64,000 nt of DNA from an uncultured Verrucomicrobiae bacterium (lineage in GTDB: Bacteria > Verrucomicrobiota > Verrucomicrobiia > Limisphaerales > Palsa-1400): assembly GCA_963764165.1 (NCBI GenBank), contig CAVXRD010000004.1:224001-288000 (forward strand). Direction: 5' to 3'. A program made the position numbers and the translations under genes. The notes beneath the pieces are model-generated. The model made no database searches. It saw only the letters and a program-made list of their open reading frames with translations, and was not told where the DNA came from. Shown here piece by piece: positions 1 to 10,960 of the stretch; position 1 is the first letter of the stretch; the number at the start of each line of letters is the position of its first letter.

Positions 1-2
1 TG

Positions 3-707
3 GCGGCGAAGGGAATTCATTATGTGGATGTTGGCACCAGCGGCGGCGTATGGGGTTTGGAACGCGGTTACTGCATGATGATCGGCGGCGAAACCGAGGT
101 GGTGCAGCATCTTGATCCGATTTTCGCCACGCTCGCTCCCGGGATCGGTGACGTGCCGCGCACGCCGGGGCGGGAGAAATTGGGTGGGACCTCTGAACAG
201 GGCTACCTCCATTGTGGCGCCAGCGGCGCAGGACACTTTGTCAAAATGGTCCACAACGGAATCGAATACGGCATGATGGCCGCCTATGCCGAGGGATTGG
301 GCGTCCTGAAAGCCGCTAATATCGGCAAGCAAAAAGGCGAGTCCGACGCGGAAACGACGCCCCTGCGCGACCCGGAGCATTATCAATACGACCTCAATCT
401 GGCCGATATTTCCGAGGTGTGGCGTCGCGGGAGCGTCATTGCTTCCTGGCTTCTTGATTTGACAGCCGGCGCTCTGGCGGGCGACCCGCAGCTTTCCAAA
501 TTCGGCGGGCGCGTGTCCGATTCGGGCGAGGGCCGGTGGACAATCAAAGCGGCCGTTGACGAAGGCGTGCCAACGCCGGTGCTGAGCACAGCGCTTTACG
601 AACGGTTTGCCTCCCGCGGCGAGGCGGATTACCAGAACAAATTGCTTTCCGCCATGCGCTACGGTTTTGGCGGACATCTGGAAAAGACGGAAGCCAAAAA
701 AGCATGA
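3..707 (+). CDS. gnd: 6-phosphogluconate dehydrogenase (decarboxylating, short form), 5'-partial
   Basis: Motifs [47 protein letters not shown]; the frame is open to the window edge. Confidence 0.95.
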   Translation, partial: AAKGIHYVDVGTSGGVWGLERGYCMMIGGETEVVQHLDPIFATLAPGIGDVPRTPGREKLGGTSEQGYLHCGASGAGHFVKMVHNGIEYGMMAAYAEGLGVLKAANIGKQKGESDAETTPLRDPEHYQYDLNLADISEVWRRGSVIASWLLDLTAGALAGDPQLSKFGGRVSDSGEGRWTIKAAVDEGVPTPVLSTALYERFASRGEADYQNKLLSAMRYGFGGHLEKTEAKKA

Positions 708-736
708 ACAGGGCCTTAATTTGGTGGCTGAGATTT

Positions 737-3472
737 TCAGCGGAACATCGCCTCCACTTTCACGACACCAGCGAGCCCGCTTAGATGAATCGTTCCGGCG
801 GCGGCATCGAATTTGACCCATTTCTTGCCGTCGACGGTAACTCCGACGATGGGGGCGGAATCGGGATGGCGCAGTTCCAGAAGAACGTCGCGCGGCGATT
901 GCCGCGATGGTAGATTTACGGTGGCATCAATTCGGCCATCCTTGAGGGCTGAATTGATTTCGTAGCTAACATCGCCAAAGTGGGTGGGCGCGTTTTGGAC
1001 GGTGATTCTTTTCCCATCTTCAAGCCAGGCGCGAGGGGTGGCTCGGGCGAGCCAGAGCGAACCGCCGTCCTCTTCAACGAGCATCATGCGCAGACGCTCC
1101 AAAAAGCAGGCTTCCTCGAAAACCTTGTCGAAAGGCCCGGCGGTCGTGTGTTCGCGAAACTCGTAGCCCTCATTGGGAAGAATATCGACCGCATATTGAT
1201 TGAGCATGGAGCGGATGAAATTCGGCGCATCGCCCGCCTGGATGTGAATGTTGGCGTGGCGTTCCAGACCGCATTGGTATTGCCAACTGGCGTGCGAAAA
1301 CCAATCCCTTTCCGCGTCGAATCCCGGAGTGCGTTCCGCAACGTGATCATTCTCCAGCAACAAACGATCTTCGAGCACATCCAAGTGCCCTTGGACGCGC
1401 GGATCATCGGTGGAAAGCAAGCACGAGGGACTGATCAGCGGGTCCGCGGACTGGACGGTATCCCAATAAAGCGCGCCAATGTGCCCTTGGCAGCGCCGCC
1501 ATCCCCATGCGCCCGAAGCAAACCCGCGCACGTAGGGCGCAAACGGAATGAACGAATGGTAGGTGCCATCTCGCGTGGCAACCACCGGGGTCAGGGTGAT
1601 GGATCGATCAACAGATGCCTCAATGTCTTTCCGATAATCTCGCGCTTCCCGGGCGATTTTGGCCGAGGAGGCGGGATCCACTTGAGCCAGCAGCTCAGCC
1701 ATGGAATTGACAGCCAGCCAGTAATACGCTTCGGACTCATAAAAATCCATGTGCATGACAAAACTGTCCGGCGTGACAACGTGCGCAGGCAGGAGTCCTT
1801 TGCTCCAAAGCCGTTCTCCTCCCGGAATGATGTGCTCCGTCAAACGTCGTTGGCGCAAAATCCACTCGGCGTTGGCTTTCATTCGTGGGGCGTTGGCGGC
1901 CAGCCAATTCGTGTCTCCCGTCAAACGGTAATGTTCGGCCATCGCGAACATAATCGCGCCAGGCCCCGTGCCATGAACGGCGTCCATTTGCCCGCCCACA
2001 CCCGGCGGGCCGACGGCGTGGGTAAACGATCCCACGCCATCGGAAAAAAGTCCGAGAGGCCGATCCGTTTTGGAATTGCCATGGCTGTCCTTCGATGGAT
2101 GAGGCTGCATCGGCAGCTTGAGCCATTGCTTGAGTCCATCGGTGGCCTCCCGGTGCATGCCCATGAGATCAAGGGCGCGAAGTATCATGTAGGTTTCGGA
2201 AGCGAGGATGCCGAAAGGATAATCATTGAAAGAGTATCGGCCACCCTCGTCCTTGACTGCGTGGCGAAGCAGATGCCATGCGCCGAGGTTCCATTGAGCC
2301 GCCAACTCTTTCGACGGGACTTCGATCTTCATGCGCGGAGCAAACGGCGCGGCCGGAAATGCAGGAAAGTTGGTCCAGTGCATGGCCGCGACCGCATCTG
2401 CCCATGTCTGCTCGGAGTGCAGCCGGGTTCGCTGGCGTATGGAAGACAGATGCCTGCCTTCCAGTATTGTCAAATACTGCCGGGCATTGATGGTTTTGGA
2501 GGACAACCCGGCAGCTTCCGCTGGACCGTCCACGGCATGAACAAAAAAACCGAATTCCGGAGCGAGAATCGGACCGTTCTCCAAATCCGCCGCTCGAAAG
2601 GAGAAACTGCCGGCCTTGGTCCATACCGTGATAATCGAACGCGCCACCTCGTCTTCGGGCGAATGATAAGGCCATATTTTCCGCAAAGGCGAGGAGCCGA
2701 TATAGAGCATTTGAAATCGAATTCCATGGACGGAACCGGGTTTGTTGGATGCTTGCCAATTTCGGATGCCGTCAATCTTGGTCCCGCGGTCGCCATCTAA
2801 AGGCGCGAGACCAGAGATTCGAGCATCGTAGGCTTCCAACCGCCCGGTGTAGTCGAGTTCTGCGCGCCTTTCTTCATAACCCCACTCCAATTCGACATTC
2901 ATTTGCTTCCATTTGTCAGGAGCGCAAGCCCGCAATTCCGGCACGGTGAACGATGACGCCACATTCGTTCCACGCACGGAAACCACCACTCCCCAAGTAT
3001 CGACCGGGATTTTATACGAATACACATTTCCATCCGCGCTGATTTGCGGTTTGGTGGCTTCCAACATCAGGCGAGGATTCCACCAGGTGTGCGCGTTGTC
3101 GTCGGCGCCGTCGAAATACGTCACATTTAATTCCTCCGGCTGCGGCTTGTGCGCGGCTCCGGCGGGCCAGCCAACATCCAGATGATCCACATGTCGGACC
3201 TCCTCCCAGAGCAGCCCGCAGAGCGCCTGTTGAACATCGGGCGCGCTAAAATCAAATGGCTGGGTGAAAGACATATCGGCACGTTGCATGAGAAGAATCC
3301 ACGCCTCGGGCGGATTTTTCTCGACCGCGCGATCGGCGCGGCAGAGATAGGCACTGGGGGCGATATCGGCGGGCTGGCCTGGGGCAGCTTCCAAATGGAG
3401 AGTGTCAGAGGGAGCAGCCCCCGCCAGAGCGCAGGCCCCGAGCAACGCAAAGAGGTAATTGATTCGGATCAT
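737..3472 (-). CDS. Secreted protein, probable six-hairpin (alpha/alpha)6 glycoside hydrolase-like
   Basis: Likely start MIRINYLFALLGACALAG (signal peptide). HYRLTGDTNWL segment and C-terminal LWLARATPRAWL...APTHFGDVSY are typical of GH-like toroid proteins. Confidence 0.6.
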   Translation of the reverse strand: MIRINYLFALLGACALAGAAPSDTLHLEAAPGQPADIAPSAYLCRADRAVEKNPPEAWILLMQRADMSFTQPFDFSAPDVQQALCGLLWEEVRHVDHLDVGWPAGAAHKPQPEELNVTYFDGADDNAHTWWNPRLMLEATKPQISADGNVYSYKIPVDTWGVVVSVRGTNVASSFTVPELRACAPDKWKQMNVELEWGYEERRAELDYTGRLEAYDARISGLAPLDGDRGTKIDGIRNWQASNKPGSVHGIRFQMLYIGSSPLRKIWPYHSPEDEVARSIITVWTKAGSFSFRAADLENGPILAPEFGFFVHAVDGPAEAAGLSSKTINARQYLTILEGRHLSSIRQRTRLHSEQTWADAVAAMHWTNFPAFPAAPFAPRMKIEVPSKELAAQWNLGAWHLLRHAVKDEGGRYSFNDYPFGILASETYMILRALDLMGMHREATDGLKQWLKLPMQPHPSKDSHGNSKTDRPLGLFSDGVGSFTHAVGPPGVGGQMDAVHGTGPGAIMFAMAEHYRLTGDTNWLAANAPRMKANAEWILRQRRLTEHIIPGGERLWSKGLLPAHVVTPDSFVMHMDFYESEAYYWLAVNSMAELLAQVDPASSAKIAREARDYRKDIEASVDRSITLTPVVATRDGTYHSFIPFAPYVRGFASGAWGWRRCQGHIGALYWDTVQSADPLISPSCLLSTDDPRVQGHLDVLEDRLLLENDHVAERTPGFDAERDWFSHASWQYQCGLERHANIHIQAGDAPNFIRSMLNQYAVDILPNEGYEFREHTTAGPFDKVFEEACFLERLRMMLVEEDGGSLWLARATPRAWLEDGKRITVQNAPTHFGDVSYEINSALKDGRIDATVNLPSRQSPRDVLLELRHPDSAPIVGVTVDGKKWVKFDAAAGTIHLSGLAGVVKVEAMFR

Positions 3473-3489
3473 TTTCGTGAAAAATCGCA

Positions 3490-3520
3490 GGGTGCAATAG
3501 GGTGCAATAGACTGCAACAT
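3490..3520. promoter_or_regulatory. 10-bp-period direct repeat just upstream of the GH-like gene; possible TF site
   Basis: GGTGCAATAG GGTGCAATAG ACTGCAACAT, about 20-50 bp upstream of the ATG at 3472. Confidence 0.35.
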
Positions 3521-3865
3521 TCCGAACGGGTTCCCGCTGAATTTAAATATGCGCCTTCCCATTCGCCGACTCTTTCGACCAGAGCCGCGTTGGCCTAAGC
3601 TCGTTCCTGTAAGAACCCGTTCTCCTTTGCTGGTCCTCGTTTTGCCCAGATTCTGACATTCCAAATTCTTCATAATGAGGAAGTCTGGCATATCCGCTGC
3701 CAAATAGGAAACCTACCAGAGGTTTTCAGGCGCGATTTTTTGGGGGAACGCTGAAAATTGAATCTGAAACGACCGAACTCAGGAAAAGAGGCCTTCGCTG
3801 AAAGCTGTCACTGGTCACTCCAAAACCAGCAAATCCACGTCTATTAATATATAATCTCCGAAAAT

Positions 3866-3947
3866 CGGTAACATCCGCTGCATTGTTGATTATAAGGCAT
3901 TTAAACAGCTACACAATCGGTGACAAGCCGGTAACAGATCGGTAACA
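3866..3947. repeat. Four CGGTRACA direct repeats in an AT-rich intergenic region
   Basis: Copies at 3866, 3918, 3929 and 3940; the last three have an 11-bp period. Confidence 0.6.
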
Positions 3948-3986
3948 TTTCGTGGCTTCGGCTGGTTTTCCATTTGCCTCCGGGTT

Positions 3987-5513
3987 CTAGCGAACGCCCG
4001 CGATTGCCCGCAATTCTTGAACCAGAACCGGCAGATTTCGCTTCGCCTCATCAAGCTGTTCCTTCGTCAGGCTCGCTTCGATCGTGGCGATTTTTTCGCC
4101 TGCACGGCTATCCCCATTCTGCGCTGCGAGAGTAAAGAACGGCCATGCCTTCGCCGGGCTTGGAGCGACGCCCTGCCCTTCGAGGTAGATGCTGCCGAGT
4201 TGGGCGAACGAAGCGGCGTCGTTCGACCGGGCCGCCTTCAAATAAATTGAAAAAACTTTGAGAGTCTGGTCGCTTAAGCCAAACCCGGGGGGCATCTCGA
4301 TATTGATGATCGGGCGGTCCGATCCCGTAAATGAGGATGCACTGCTCTTTTGCGGCAGGTTCAGTTGCTTGTCCACATCCGTTAAGGAATAGCGCACATT
4401 GCCGAAAGAATCTGTCCCAGCATTGATGGCGGCCCGGCAATACCACTGCGCGGCGGCAATCGGATCGCGATCGGCGGCCGGGCCGTATTGGAAGCGGCTG
4501 ATAATCTCTCCATAGAGCCATGTGTCGCCAGGGCTAAGCCGCGCCGCCTTGCAAAGGATTTGCGTGGGCCGATCCTGCTCGTTCCGTGGTTCGCCGATGC
4601 CATGCTCGTAGAGCCTGGCAAGCTCATTCAATGCATCGGCGTGATTTTGGTCGGCTGATTTCCGCACCCATTCCAAGCCCTGCTCCTCGTCAAGTTCAAC
4701 CCCTTTTCCTGCAAGATAGCAGCGCCCGAGGCAATACTCCGCAACCGGATTTCCCTTGTCTGCGGAAAGCCGGTACCATTTGACAGCCTCGGGCATGTTG
4801 ATCCACGGCGGATTTGTTGGGTTGTAACCAACGTGTTCGTAACCGTAGCCCAATTCGACTTGGGCGTCCGCATCACCGGCCTCGGCACCCTTGATCAGCC
4901 AATTTCGGGCAACGGCGTAATCCGTTCGGACTCCTTTCCCTTCTCGATAGGCCAAGTAGAGCATGAACATGGCGCGGGCGCTTCCGCGATTTTCCGCCTC
5001 GCGAAAAAGCCGCACCGCCTCCGCCTCATCCCACCGCACGCCGATCCCATCGCGATACATGATGCCAAGCCCGACCAGCCCATTTGCGAAGCCGCCATCG
5101 GCAGCCAATTTGTTGTAACGAAACGCCCTGGCGTCATCGCGCGGCACAATTTTTTCGCGCTGAAAGACCAGGGCCAGATTCGCATACGACGGCATGTAGC
5201 CCCCTTTCCCGGCGCGTTCATACCATGTGACGCCTTTTTGCAAATCGATTCCAAATCTTCCGCTGTCCGTATAACAAAACCCCAGGTAATGCTGCGCCGT
5301 AAGGTCGTTGGCGTTGGCGGCCTGCTCGATTTCGGCCAGTGATTTGCCATCCCATTTTGCCCGGACTTCGTTGAGGGGCGGCCATCGCGGACTCGCGTTC
5401 GTGCCCTCGTCAAAGGCACAGACGACGCCGGCGTGGCACAGAAACACCAGCGCGAATAATCTGAAAAACACGCGACTCAATCGAAAAGCAGTGTGGCGGA
5501 AATTCGGATTCAT
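3987..5513 (-). CDS. Sel1-repeat (SEL1/TPR-like) secreted protein
   Basis: Many AQxxLGxxYxxGxGVxxDxxxAxxWYxxAA repeats; N-terminal signal. Confidence 0.9.
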   Translation of the reverse strand: MNPNFRHTAFRLSRVFFRLFALVFLCHAGVVCAFDEGTNASPRWPPLNEVRAKWDGKSLAEIEQAANANDLTAQHYLGFCYTDSGRFGIDLQKGVTWYERAGKGGYMPSYANLALVFQREKIVPRDDARAFRYNKLAADGGFANGLVGLGIMYRDGIGVRWDEAEAVRLFREAENRGSARAMFMLYLAYREGKGVRTDYAVARNWLIKGAEAGDADAQVELGYGYEHVGYNPTNPPWINMPEAVKWYRLSADKGNPVAEYCLGRCYLAGKGVELDEEQGLEWVRKSADQNHADALNELARLYEHGIGEPRNEQDRPTQILCKAARLSPGDTWLYGEIISRFQYGPAADRDPIAAAQWYCRAAINAGTDSFGNVRYSLTDVDKQLNLPQKSSASSFTGSDRPIINIEMPPGFGLSDQTLKVFSIYLKAARSNDAASFAQLGSIYLEGQGVAPSPAKAWPFFTLAAQNGDSRAGEKIATIEASLTKEQLDEAKRNLPVLVQELRAIAGVR

Positions 5514-5523
5514 GCATTCGTCC

Positions 5524-8500
5524 TCACCTTTTAGGGCTCGTCCCGGGCTTGGCTAGGTTTTCAGTGCGGGCGGATTTTAGAAATGCGTTCCATCGCTTTT
5601 CAATTTCCGCGCCCGGCACCAGCCAATGGCCGGGCTCTTCGTCCAGACCGATGACGACAACCCCCTGCTCCGTCACCAACCATTCGGCGACCGAAGGCCG
5701 GAACGGACTCCAGCCCCGCGGCGCGCTGCCAGGGGTCGACCGGACGAACGGATCAAAGGGCTGGCCAGCTTTCTCAAATCGAAGCGGAACCGTCATTGGG
5801 CCTGGAATGCCCGGGGCAAATCGAAGCAAAGTGGCATTGCGGTCATCCTTGAAAATGACTGGTTCATAAGACTGAAATGGATTCATCCAAAAGTGAAATT
5901 TCCTCGGCTGGACAGACCAGAGATTTTCGTCTTGAAGCGCGAAGGAGGCGACTTCCAGCGCAAATGGATCAGGCCACTGCCATCGCGGTTTCTCGTTCGC
6001 AAAAACCTTTCCGCCGGCGTTTGGATTAGCGGGGTCCACCTGTTCCAGCAAGAGCTCCGGCAACGCGTGTTTAGTTGACACCTCCACCATGCGGCTGCGC
6101 GATATTCCGGGAGCCGGAGCGACGGTGAGAATCCCGAGGCTGCCTTTGGCGGGAAACCTTGCCGGGAAGGTGGAAAACATATTCGTGGGTCTCTCAATTT
6201 TATCCCAGTGGCGCTTTTCCGCGTCGGCGACAAAGAGTCCTTTGGTGGTTTCGACGCCAAGTCTCCCGCCCCAATCGGTCATCACTTGATTGTCGGTGTT
6301 CCAGACCGGGTCCAATTCGTTCACGGGAGAGCGTCGCGAGCTGGCAAGGGTCTGAATGGCTTTTGTGTCCGGATTGATTTCCAGCAGCACATCGGCGTTG
6401 GCGAAATAAACAAAACCGTTCCAGATCGTGACGCCGCCGCAAGGCTCGGTCGGGAGCGCCATTGTTTCCCACGCCTTGCTGGCGAATCTATACCGCGCCA
6501 GTTTGCCGGGCAGGCTGACAAACAGAGAATCATCGCTGACATCGAAGCAAGGCGTGGGGTAGCCTTGCTCCCCGTCTTTCCAGCCGATGGCGGTGGACGG
6601 AGAACCCAAAGCTTGCGGAAGCATCACGGTCTCTGCCTGGCCGGTTTTCAGATCGACCGAAGCAAAAGACGCGGGCGTGCTGGGTGGGATGCCGAAACCG
6701 TTGTCCGCTGTCATATAGAGCAAGCCCCAGACTTTGTCCTGGCGGCAAATGATTCTCAGGAGCCTGGGTGAAGCTCCGACGGTTTTTAACTCATCGACAT
6801 TCCAGCGCTGAAAGTGGACGGGCAGCGGCGGTTCCGCCACCTGCGGCCCGGGCCGCGCCATGTCGAACTGCGGCGGCGCGTTTGTCGCAAGCTGAGATTT
6901 CCCGGCAGCGCGCGCCACCGTGTTGAGAACACCGGGATAATAGCGGTTGCGGGACGAGCGTTGCTTCATCCCTTGCAATGCGGGCAGCAATGCCTCCGCC
7001 TCCTCCCGAGTGAAGTTCGCCGGATCGGACGGGAACAGGAAGTAGGTGAGCGATGTGGTCCAATTGGTTGACTCGGCAATGTAGCAAAGCCGCATGCGCT
7101 GGCGGAAACTCGCCCACGGTTCGAGATGGTAAGGCCCATGAAAATAATTGCCGCGTTTTTCCGCAATTGCCATTTCGGTCTTCGTCAGCAATGGCGCCTT
7201 GTCCGAAGTGTTCAGGAAGTTTGTCCGCTGCTCCCATAATCCCTCGATCAATTTTTCCTCGGCGTCGCGCAGGCTGCTGGTGCCGTCGTTAGGCGCGCGC
7301 AAAACCGAAAGGTAATTTCCCGCCAATCGAATTTCCTCGTTGGTAGACTGGCATAGGCCGGCGATGAACTGCCTGGTCACCTGCGGCACGCGCTTTCGAT
7401 CTTCCCACGTCCAGCCGACGATGCGGGGCACACTTTCCGGAACCGTGCCACGCTCTAACTGCTGCCGGAAGAAGGACTCCGAGTCCTCCGGTTTCTCGAA
7501 CCACAGCCCGCCCTGCTCCCACTCAACCAGTTTTACGCGCTCGAAATCTCGCCGGGATGGCCCGTCGAAGCGCATGCCTTTTGGAGCCGGCCTATTCTCG
7601 ATGATCTGTCCGTAGTAATCAGCGATCGGCGGCATCTGCGAGTCCAAGACAGGGACAAATCGCCGCAGTGAGGCCCGCAATTCAGCCAGTTTCTCTTCAT
7701 TTCCGGCCCGCAATTCAAAAGCGGTATAAAACCCGTCCAGAAGGTCCGCCGTTCTCTCCAGCGATTTCATACCCAAATCAAACCATTCATTGTACATTTG
7801 TGTGGGATTGGTGACAACCAAGGGCATCGCGGCGCAATAAAGATCCAGCGTGCGAATCGAAGGCGACAACAAAGCAGCGTCCGGCACGGCGGGCACGTTG
7901 ATGTTGCCGGACGTCTCGTTGATCGCTCCCAGCGACTCCGAGTAACTGCGAATGCGGAGCACGGCCGTCTGTGGCGCGCGCTTTCCGAGGGCCCAGGCAG
8001 ATTCACTGGCGGATTGCGCTGCTTCATACAGCCCCCAGCGAAGCGCCCACCGGGCTTCATTCTCGTACTGGTCGGCTTCCTCCAATGGCTTCCAAGCCGT
8101 CGCGCCCGGCTTGACGTTCAGGCGGGCCAGAATATGGCTGGCAAGCTGCAGCACCAACCCGGAAACGTTTGTGCGTTCGCCGCTCAATTCGATGTTGATC
8201 GGCGCGCCGCCGTTCGGAGGGACGAGGCGCAAGCTGATTGTTGCCTTGTCCGGGGAATAACCGTCGCGATCAATGGTGCCTTCCACGAGATAGCTTCCGT
8301 TCCAAAAAGAGCTATCGTCGATCGGATTCAGATCCTTCTCGGCGGCCAGGGATTGCATTCGGCGGCGCTCGAGCACAAAGAGGTTGCGTTCCTGGGTCAA
8401 CCGATCTGTCAACAGCAGCGTCAAATTACGCTCCAATTCAATCTCGTCGGGATTTTGAAAGGCGGAGCGCAAATTCACGATGGAAATCGGCACCGCTTCG

Positions 8501-8952
8501 CTCTCGCCGACCAGCAGCTTGCCAAGCATCGGCTCAATGTGGGGCACATAACCATCGGCCCAGCCCGCCGGATCGCGTTTCGGCATGGGAACGCGCTCGC
8601 TGATGAGGACGATCCCTGTTTTAACGGCAATCAGCCGCGAGTTAAGAAACAGGTTCGTGCCAGCCTTGACCGTCTCCAGCACAAGCAAACCGTTGGCGCC
8701 CAGCACCTGCCCCATTCTCAAGTAATCACGGTTGCCCGCGAACAACTCCTGTTCGTGATAAACTTTTTCTACCTCGGCCCGCTCGAGCAATTGAATGTTT
8801 TTTTCACGCGAGAGATCGGCGGTCAGCACATCGGCCACCGTCGCCGTGAAGTCGGAATCCGAAATCACCGCAATTTTGACAGCGTCGCTGGATTGCGCCG
8901 CTAATCGCAGCGCGCATATCCAAACCATCACGATTGGCAATGTGATCTTCAT
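5524..8952 (-). CDS. Large secreted protein with tandem CsgG/HfaB-like N-terminal domains (paralog A2)
   Basis: Signal peptide; LLERAEVEKVYHEQEL...LGANGLL; PISIVNLRSA...FVLERRRM...FWNGSYLVEG; N-terminus shared with three other ORFs in the window. Confidence 0.8.
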   Translation of the reverse strand: MKITLPIVMVWICALRLAAQSSDAVKIAVISDSDFTATVADVLTADLSREKNIQLLERAEVEKVYHEQELFAGNRDYLRMGQVLGANGLLVLETVKAGTNLFLNSRLIAVKTGIVLISERVPMPKRDPAGWADGYVPHIEPMLGKLLVGESEAVPISIVNLRSAFQNPDEIELERNLTLLLTDRLTQERNLFVLERRRMQSLAAEKDLNPIDDSSFWNGSYLVEGTIDRDGYSPDKATISLRLVPPNGGAPINIELSGERTNVSGLVLQLASHILARLNVKPGATAWKPLEEADQYENEARWALRWGLYEAAQSASESAWALGKRAPQTAVLRIRSYSESLGAINETSGNINVPAVPDAALLSPSIRTLDLYCAAMPLVVTNPTQMYNEWFDLGMKSLERTADLLDGFYTAFELRAGNEEKLAELRASLRRFVPVLDSQMPPIADYYGQIIENRPAPKGMRFDGPSRRDFERVKLVEWEQGGLWFEKPEDSESFFRQQLERGTVPESVPRIVGWTWEDRKRVPQVTRQFIAGLCQSTNEEIRLAGNYLSVLRAPNDGTSSLRDAEEKLIEGLWEQRTNFLNTSDKAPLLTKTEMAIAEKRGNYFHGPYHLEPWASFRQRMRLCYIAESTNWTTSLTYFLFPSDPANFTREEAEALLPALQGMKQRSSRNRYYPGVLNTVARAAGKSQLATNAPPQFDMARPGPQVAEPPLPVHFQRWNVDELKTVGASPRLLRIICRQDKVWGLLYMTADNGFGIPPSTPASFASVDLKTGQAETVMLPQALGSPSTAIGWKDGEQGYPTPCFDVSDDSLFVSLPGKLARYRFASKAWETMALPTEPCGGVTIWNGFVYFANADVLLEINPDTKAIQTLASSRRSPVNELDPVWNTDNQVMTDWGGRLGVETTKGLFVADAEKRHWDKIERPTNMFSTFPARFPAKGSLGILTVAPAPGISRSRMVEVSTKHALPELLLEQVDPANPNAGGKVFANEKPRWQWPDPFALEVASFALQDENLWSVQPRKFHFWMNPFQSYEPVIFKDDRNATLLRFAPGIPGPMTVPLRFEKAGQPFDPFVRSTPGSAPRGWSPFRPSVAEWLVTEQGVVVIGLDEEPGHWLVPGAEIEKRWNAFLKSARTENLAKPGTSPKR

Positions 8953-8992
8953 CGTTCAATTCGGGCCGCGCAAATGACGCCCGGCGACGATC

Positions 8993-9922
8993 TCACTTGC
9001 CGAGGGTTGGAATCAAGCGCTCCGCAAGTTCGGCGGCGCCGTTCTGCAGGGCGGTCTTGGCGGCGACGTGCTCGGCCAGATCCACCGCGGAGCTGGTTTG
9101 GCGGTCAACACCAAGGATGGCGCCAGTGGCAATGTCACGCACTTTGATTTCGATGCGGGCGCGGCAGCTTTGGAGGTTGCCCTTGCGCATCCCCATCTCG
9201 CTGAAGGCTTCGCCGGTGATTTCTATTTCCGGCTTTTTCCCGGAAGCCTCATCCACAATTTCAAAGCCGCATTGCTGCAGCATGAGCGAAAGCTCGGTCT
9301 GCGCCGCCGGATCAATGACGTGCTGGCCGAAGTGCTGCTCGGGAATTTTAACCGACACGCTCGCCAGCTTCTTGCCCGCCAATTTTTTCTTGATCTCGGC
9401 GATGCGCTCCTCACGTGTCTGGACTTTGGCAACGAGCGTGTCCCCCTTCCCGACCACATCCGCCGCAATCTTTTTCGCAAGCTCGGCCGACATGTCGGTG
9501 ATGTCCGAGCCGGCTTTGCCATTGACGACTTCCCCGTAAACGCGGCTGGTTTCCGTGCCGATGATTTTTGCGACGATGACGAAACTTCCTCCTACCTTGA
9601 AGACGCGCCCCGTGACGAGAACCTTGGCTCCGGTCAGATTGCCGATTTTCGCGGCGCTGTCCGTGCTCACGGCTCCAGACAGCCCAAGTTCGTGCTCTCC
9701 CAGCACCTTTTCCAATTCCGCGCGCTCCACCATCATCAATTGCGGCTCGGCGGAAAGATTAGCGCCGACCAGGGCCGCAACCTTGGGGCCAAGATCGCGC
9801 ACCGCCTCGTCTTTCGATTCAAAATCGAAGACGGCCACGGAGTAAATGTCATTCGGGCCCGCGCGCAGGGCGAAGGCGGCGAGTGACGTCAATAATATAA
9901 TAACCCGGGCAAACAATTTCAT
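8993..9922 (-). CDS. CsgG/HfaB family protein (two CsgG-like domains)
   Basis: VAVFDF...MVERAELEKVLGEHELGLSG...AAKIGNLTGAKVLVTG; signal peptide from MKLFARV. Confidence 0.85.
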   Translation of the reverse strand: MKLFARVIILLTSLAAFALRAGPNDIYSVAVFDFESKDEAVRDLGPKVAALVGANLSAEPQLMMVERAELEKVLGEHELGLSGAVSTDSAAKIGNLTGAKVLVTGRVFKVGGSFVIVAKIIGTETSRVYGEVVNGKAGSDITDMSAELAKKIAADVVGKGDTLVAKVQTREERIAEIKKKLAGKKLASVSVKIPEQHFGQHVIDPAAQTELSLMLQQCGFEIVDEASGKKPEIEITGEAFSEMGMRKGNLQSCRARIEIKVRDIATGAILGVDRQTSSAVDLAEHVAAKTALQNGAAELAERLIPTLGK

Positions 9923-9930
9923 AATTTTTC

Positions 9931-10773
9931 CTATTTTTGTGACAGGTTCGGCAGCGCCGGGGGTTCCGGCATAAGCGCCAATTTGCAAAAGCGCAGCAAG
10001 TTTATCTGCGAGCGCGGATTGTCAAACAAATTAGCTACCAACTCCGGCTGCGCCACCACCACGGCAGTTCGATTTTGCGGCGCGACGTAATAAGACGGAG
10101 CCGCGGCATCCTCGTCCCGCGGCGCCCGCTGAATCCAGACCACCGGCGTCCCTTTTTTTGCCACGGCTCGAATGCGTTCGGCCAGGCCGTTCCATTCCGG
10201 ATCATCCGGCTCGCAAGAACCGATCAGCGCGAGTTTTCCAGAAAATCCGCTCAGTTCAGTTTCCCCCAGATCGATGAATTTAATTTCCGCCTGCTCGAAG
10301 GCCTGCTTGAACTGATGGTGCGGATCGAGCACGCCGAAATTCGCGCCGTCATCGCCCACCAGCAATTTCAATTCGTGCAGGAGGTTGGTCGGATAAACAA
10401 TCACTTCCGTATCGCCTGCGGTGTGACTCGCGGGATCCACCCATCGAATGAGCGCCTTGACGGCTTTCTCGACTTTCGGCATCTCTAGCGGCGCGGATTC
10501 GATAATGGTTTGACCCGCCAGCACGCTTAATTTCTTCCAATGCCGTTCGGCCAGCGGCGCCATTGTCGAAGAACTTGTCAAAAACAGCTTGATGCCCATC
10601 TCACCGCTAAAATCAGCATCGCCCGCATTATGGAAAACCGCTCTGACGCTCGCTTTGCTGCCGGCAAAAACGCACTGCGGTTCCGCGGACGGGACCACCT
10701 CAAGCTTGGGCTGCCCCGCCGCGCTCCAACAACCAAGCGCGATCAGCCATATGCCTGTTCTTGTGATAGTCAT
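9931..10773 (-). CDS. Secreted hypothetical protein, directly upstream of the CsgG gene
   Basis: 280-aa ORF with signal peptide and Ig-like N-terminal part; 8 bp from the next gene. Confidence 0.75.
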   Translation of the reverse strand: MTITRTGIWLIALGCWSAAGQPKLEVVPSAEPQCVFAGSKASVRAVFHNAGDADFSGEMGIKLFLTSSSTMAPLAERHWKKLSVLAGQTIIESAPLEMPKVEKAVKALIRWVDPASHTAGDTEVIVYPTNLLHELKLLVGDDGANFGVLDPHHQFKQAFEQAEIKFIDLGETELSGFSGKLALIGSCEPDDPEWNGLAERIRAVAKKGTPVVWIQRAPRDEDAAAPSYYVAPQNRTAVVVAQPELVANLFDNPRSQINLLRFCKLALMPEPPALPNLSQK

Positions 10774-10894
10774 TTCTGACCTGTATGACGGTTCCCGGAG
10801 GCCGAACCTTTGAGAAATAGGGAAAAATGAATCTGGAACTCACGAAATCAGGAAAAGACCGGCCGCAGATGGCAAGTGCCGCCAAAAGAAAGAA

Positions 10895-10960
10895 CCACAG
10901 ATGGACGCAGACCAACACTGATAAAATCAAAAACCTGTGTTGATCTGTGTGAATCTGTGG
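10895..10960. repeat. Imperfect palindromic intergenic repeat
   Basis: CCACAGATGGACGCAGACCAACAC ... GTGTTGATCTGTGTGAATCTGTGG inverted arms with internal ~10-bp periodicity. Confidence 0.55.

Noticed and set aside
980..2800. Long plus-strand ORF (likewise 7798-8904, 52368-53615 and minus-strand 58241-59650)
   Set aside because: Antisense shadows of real genes in GC-rich DNA, with no recognisable motifs.
10774..10815. Possible tail of a gene displaced by the island (KVRPPGTVIQVRND...)
   Set aside because: Too short to assign without a database search.
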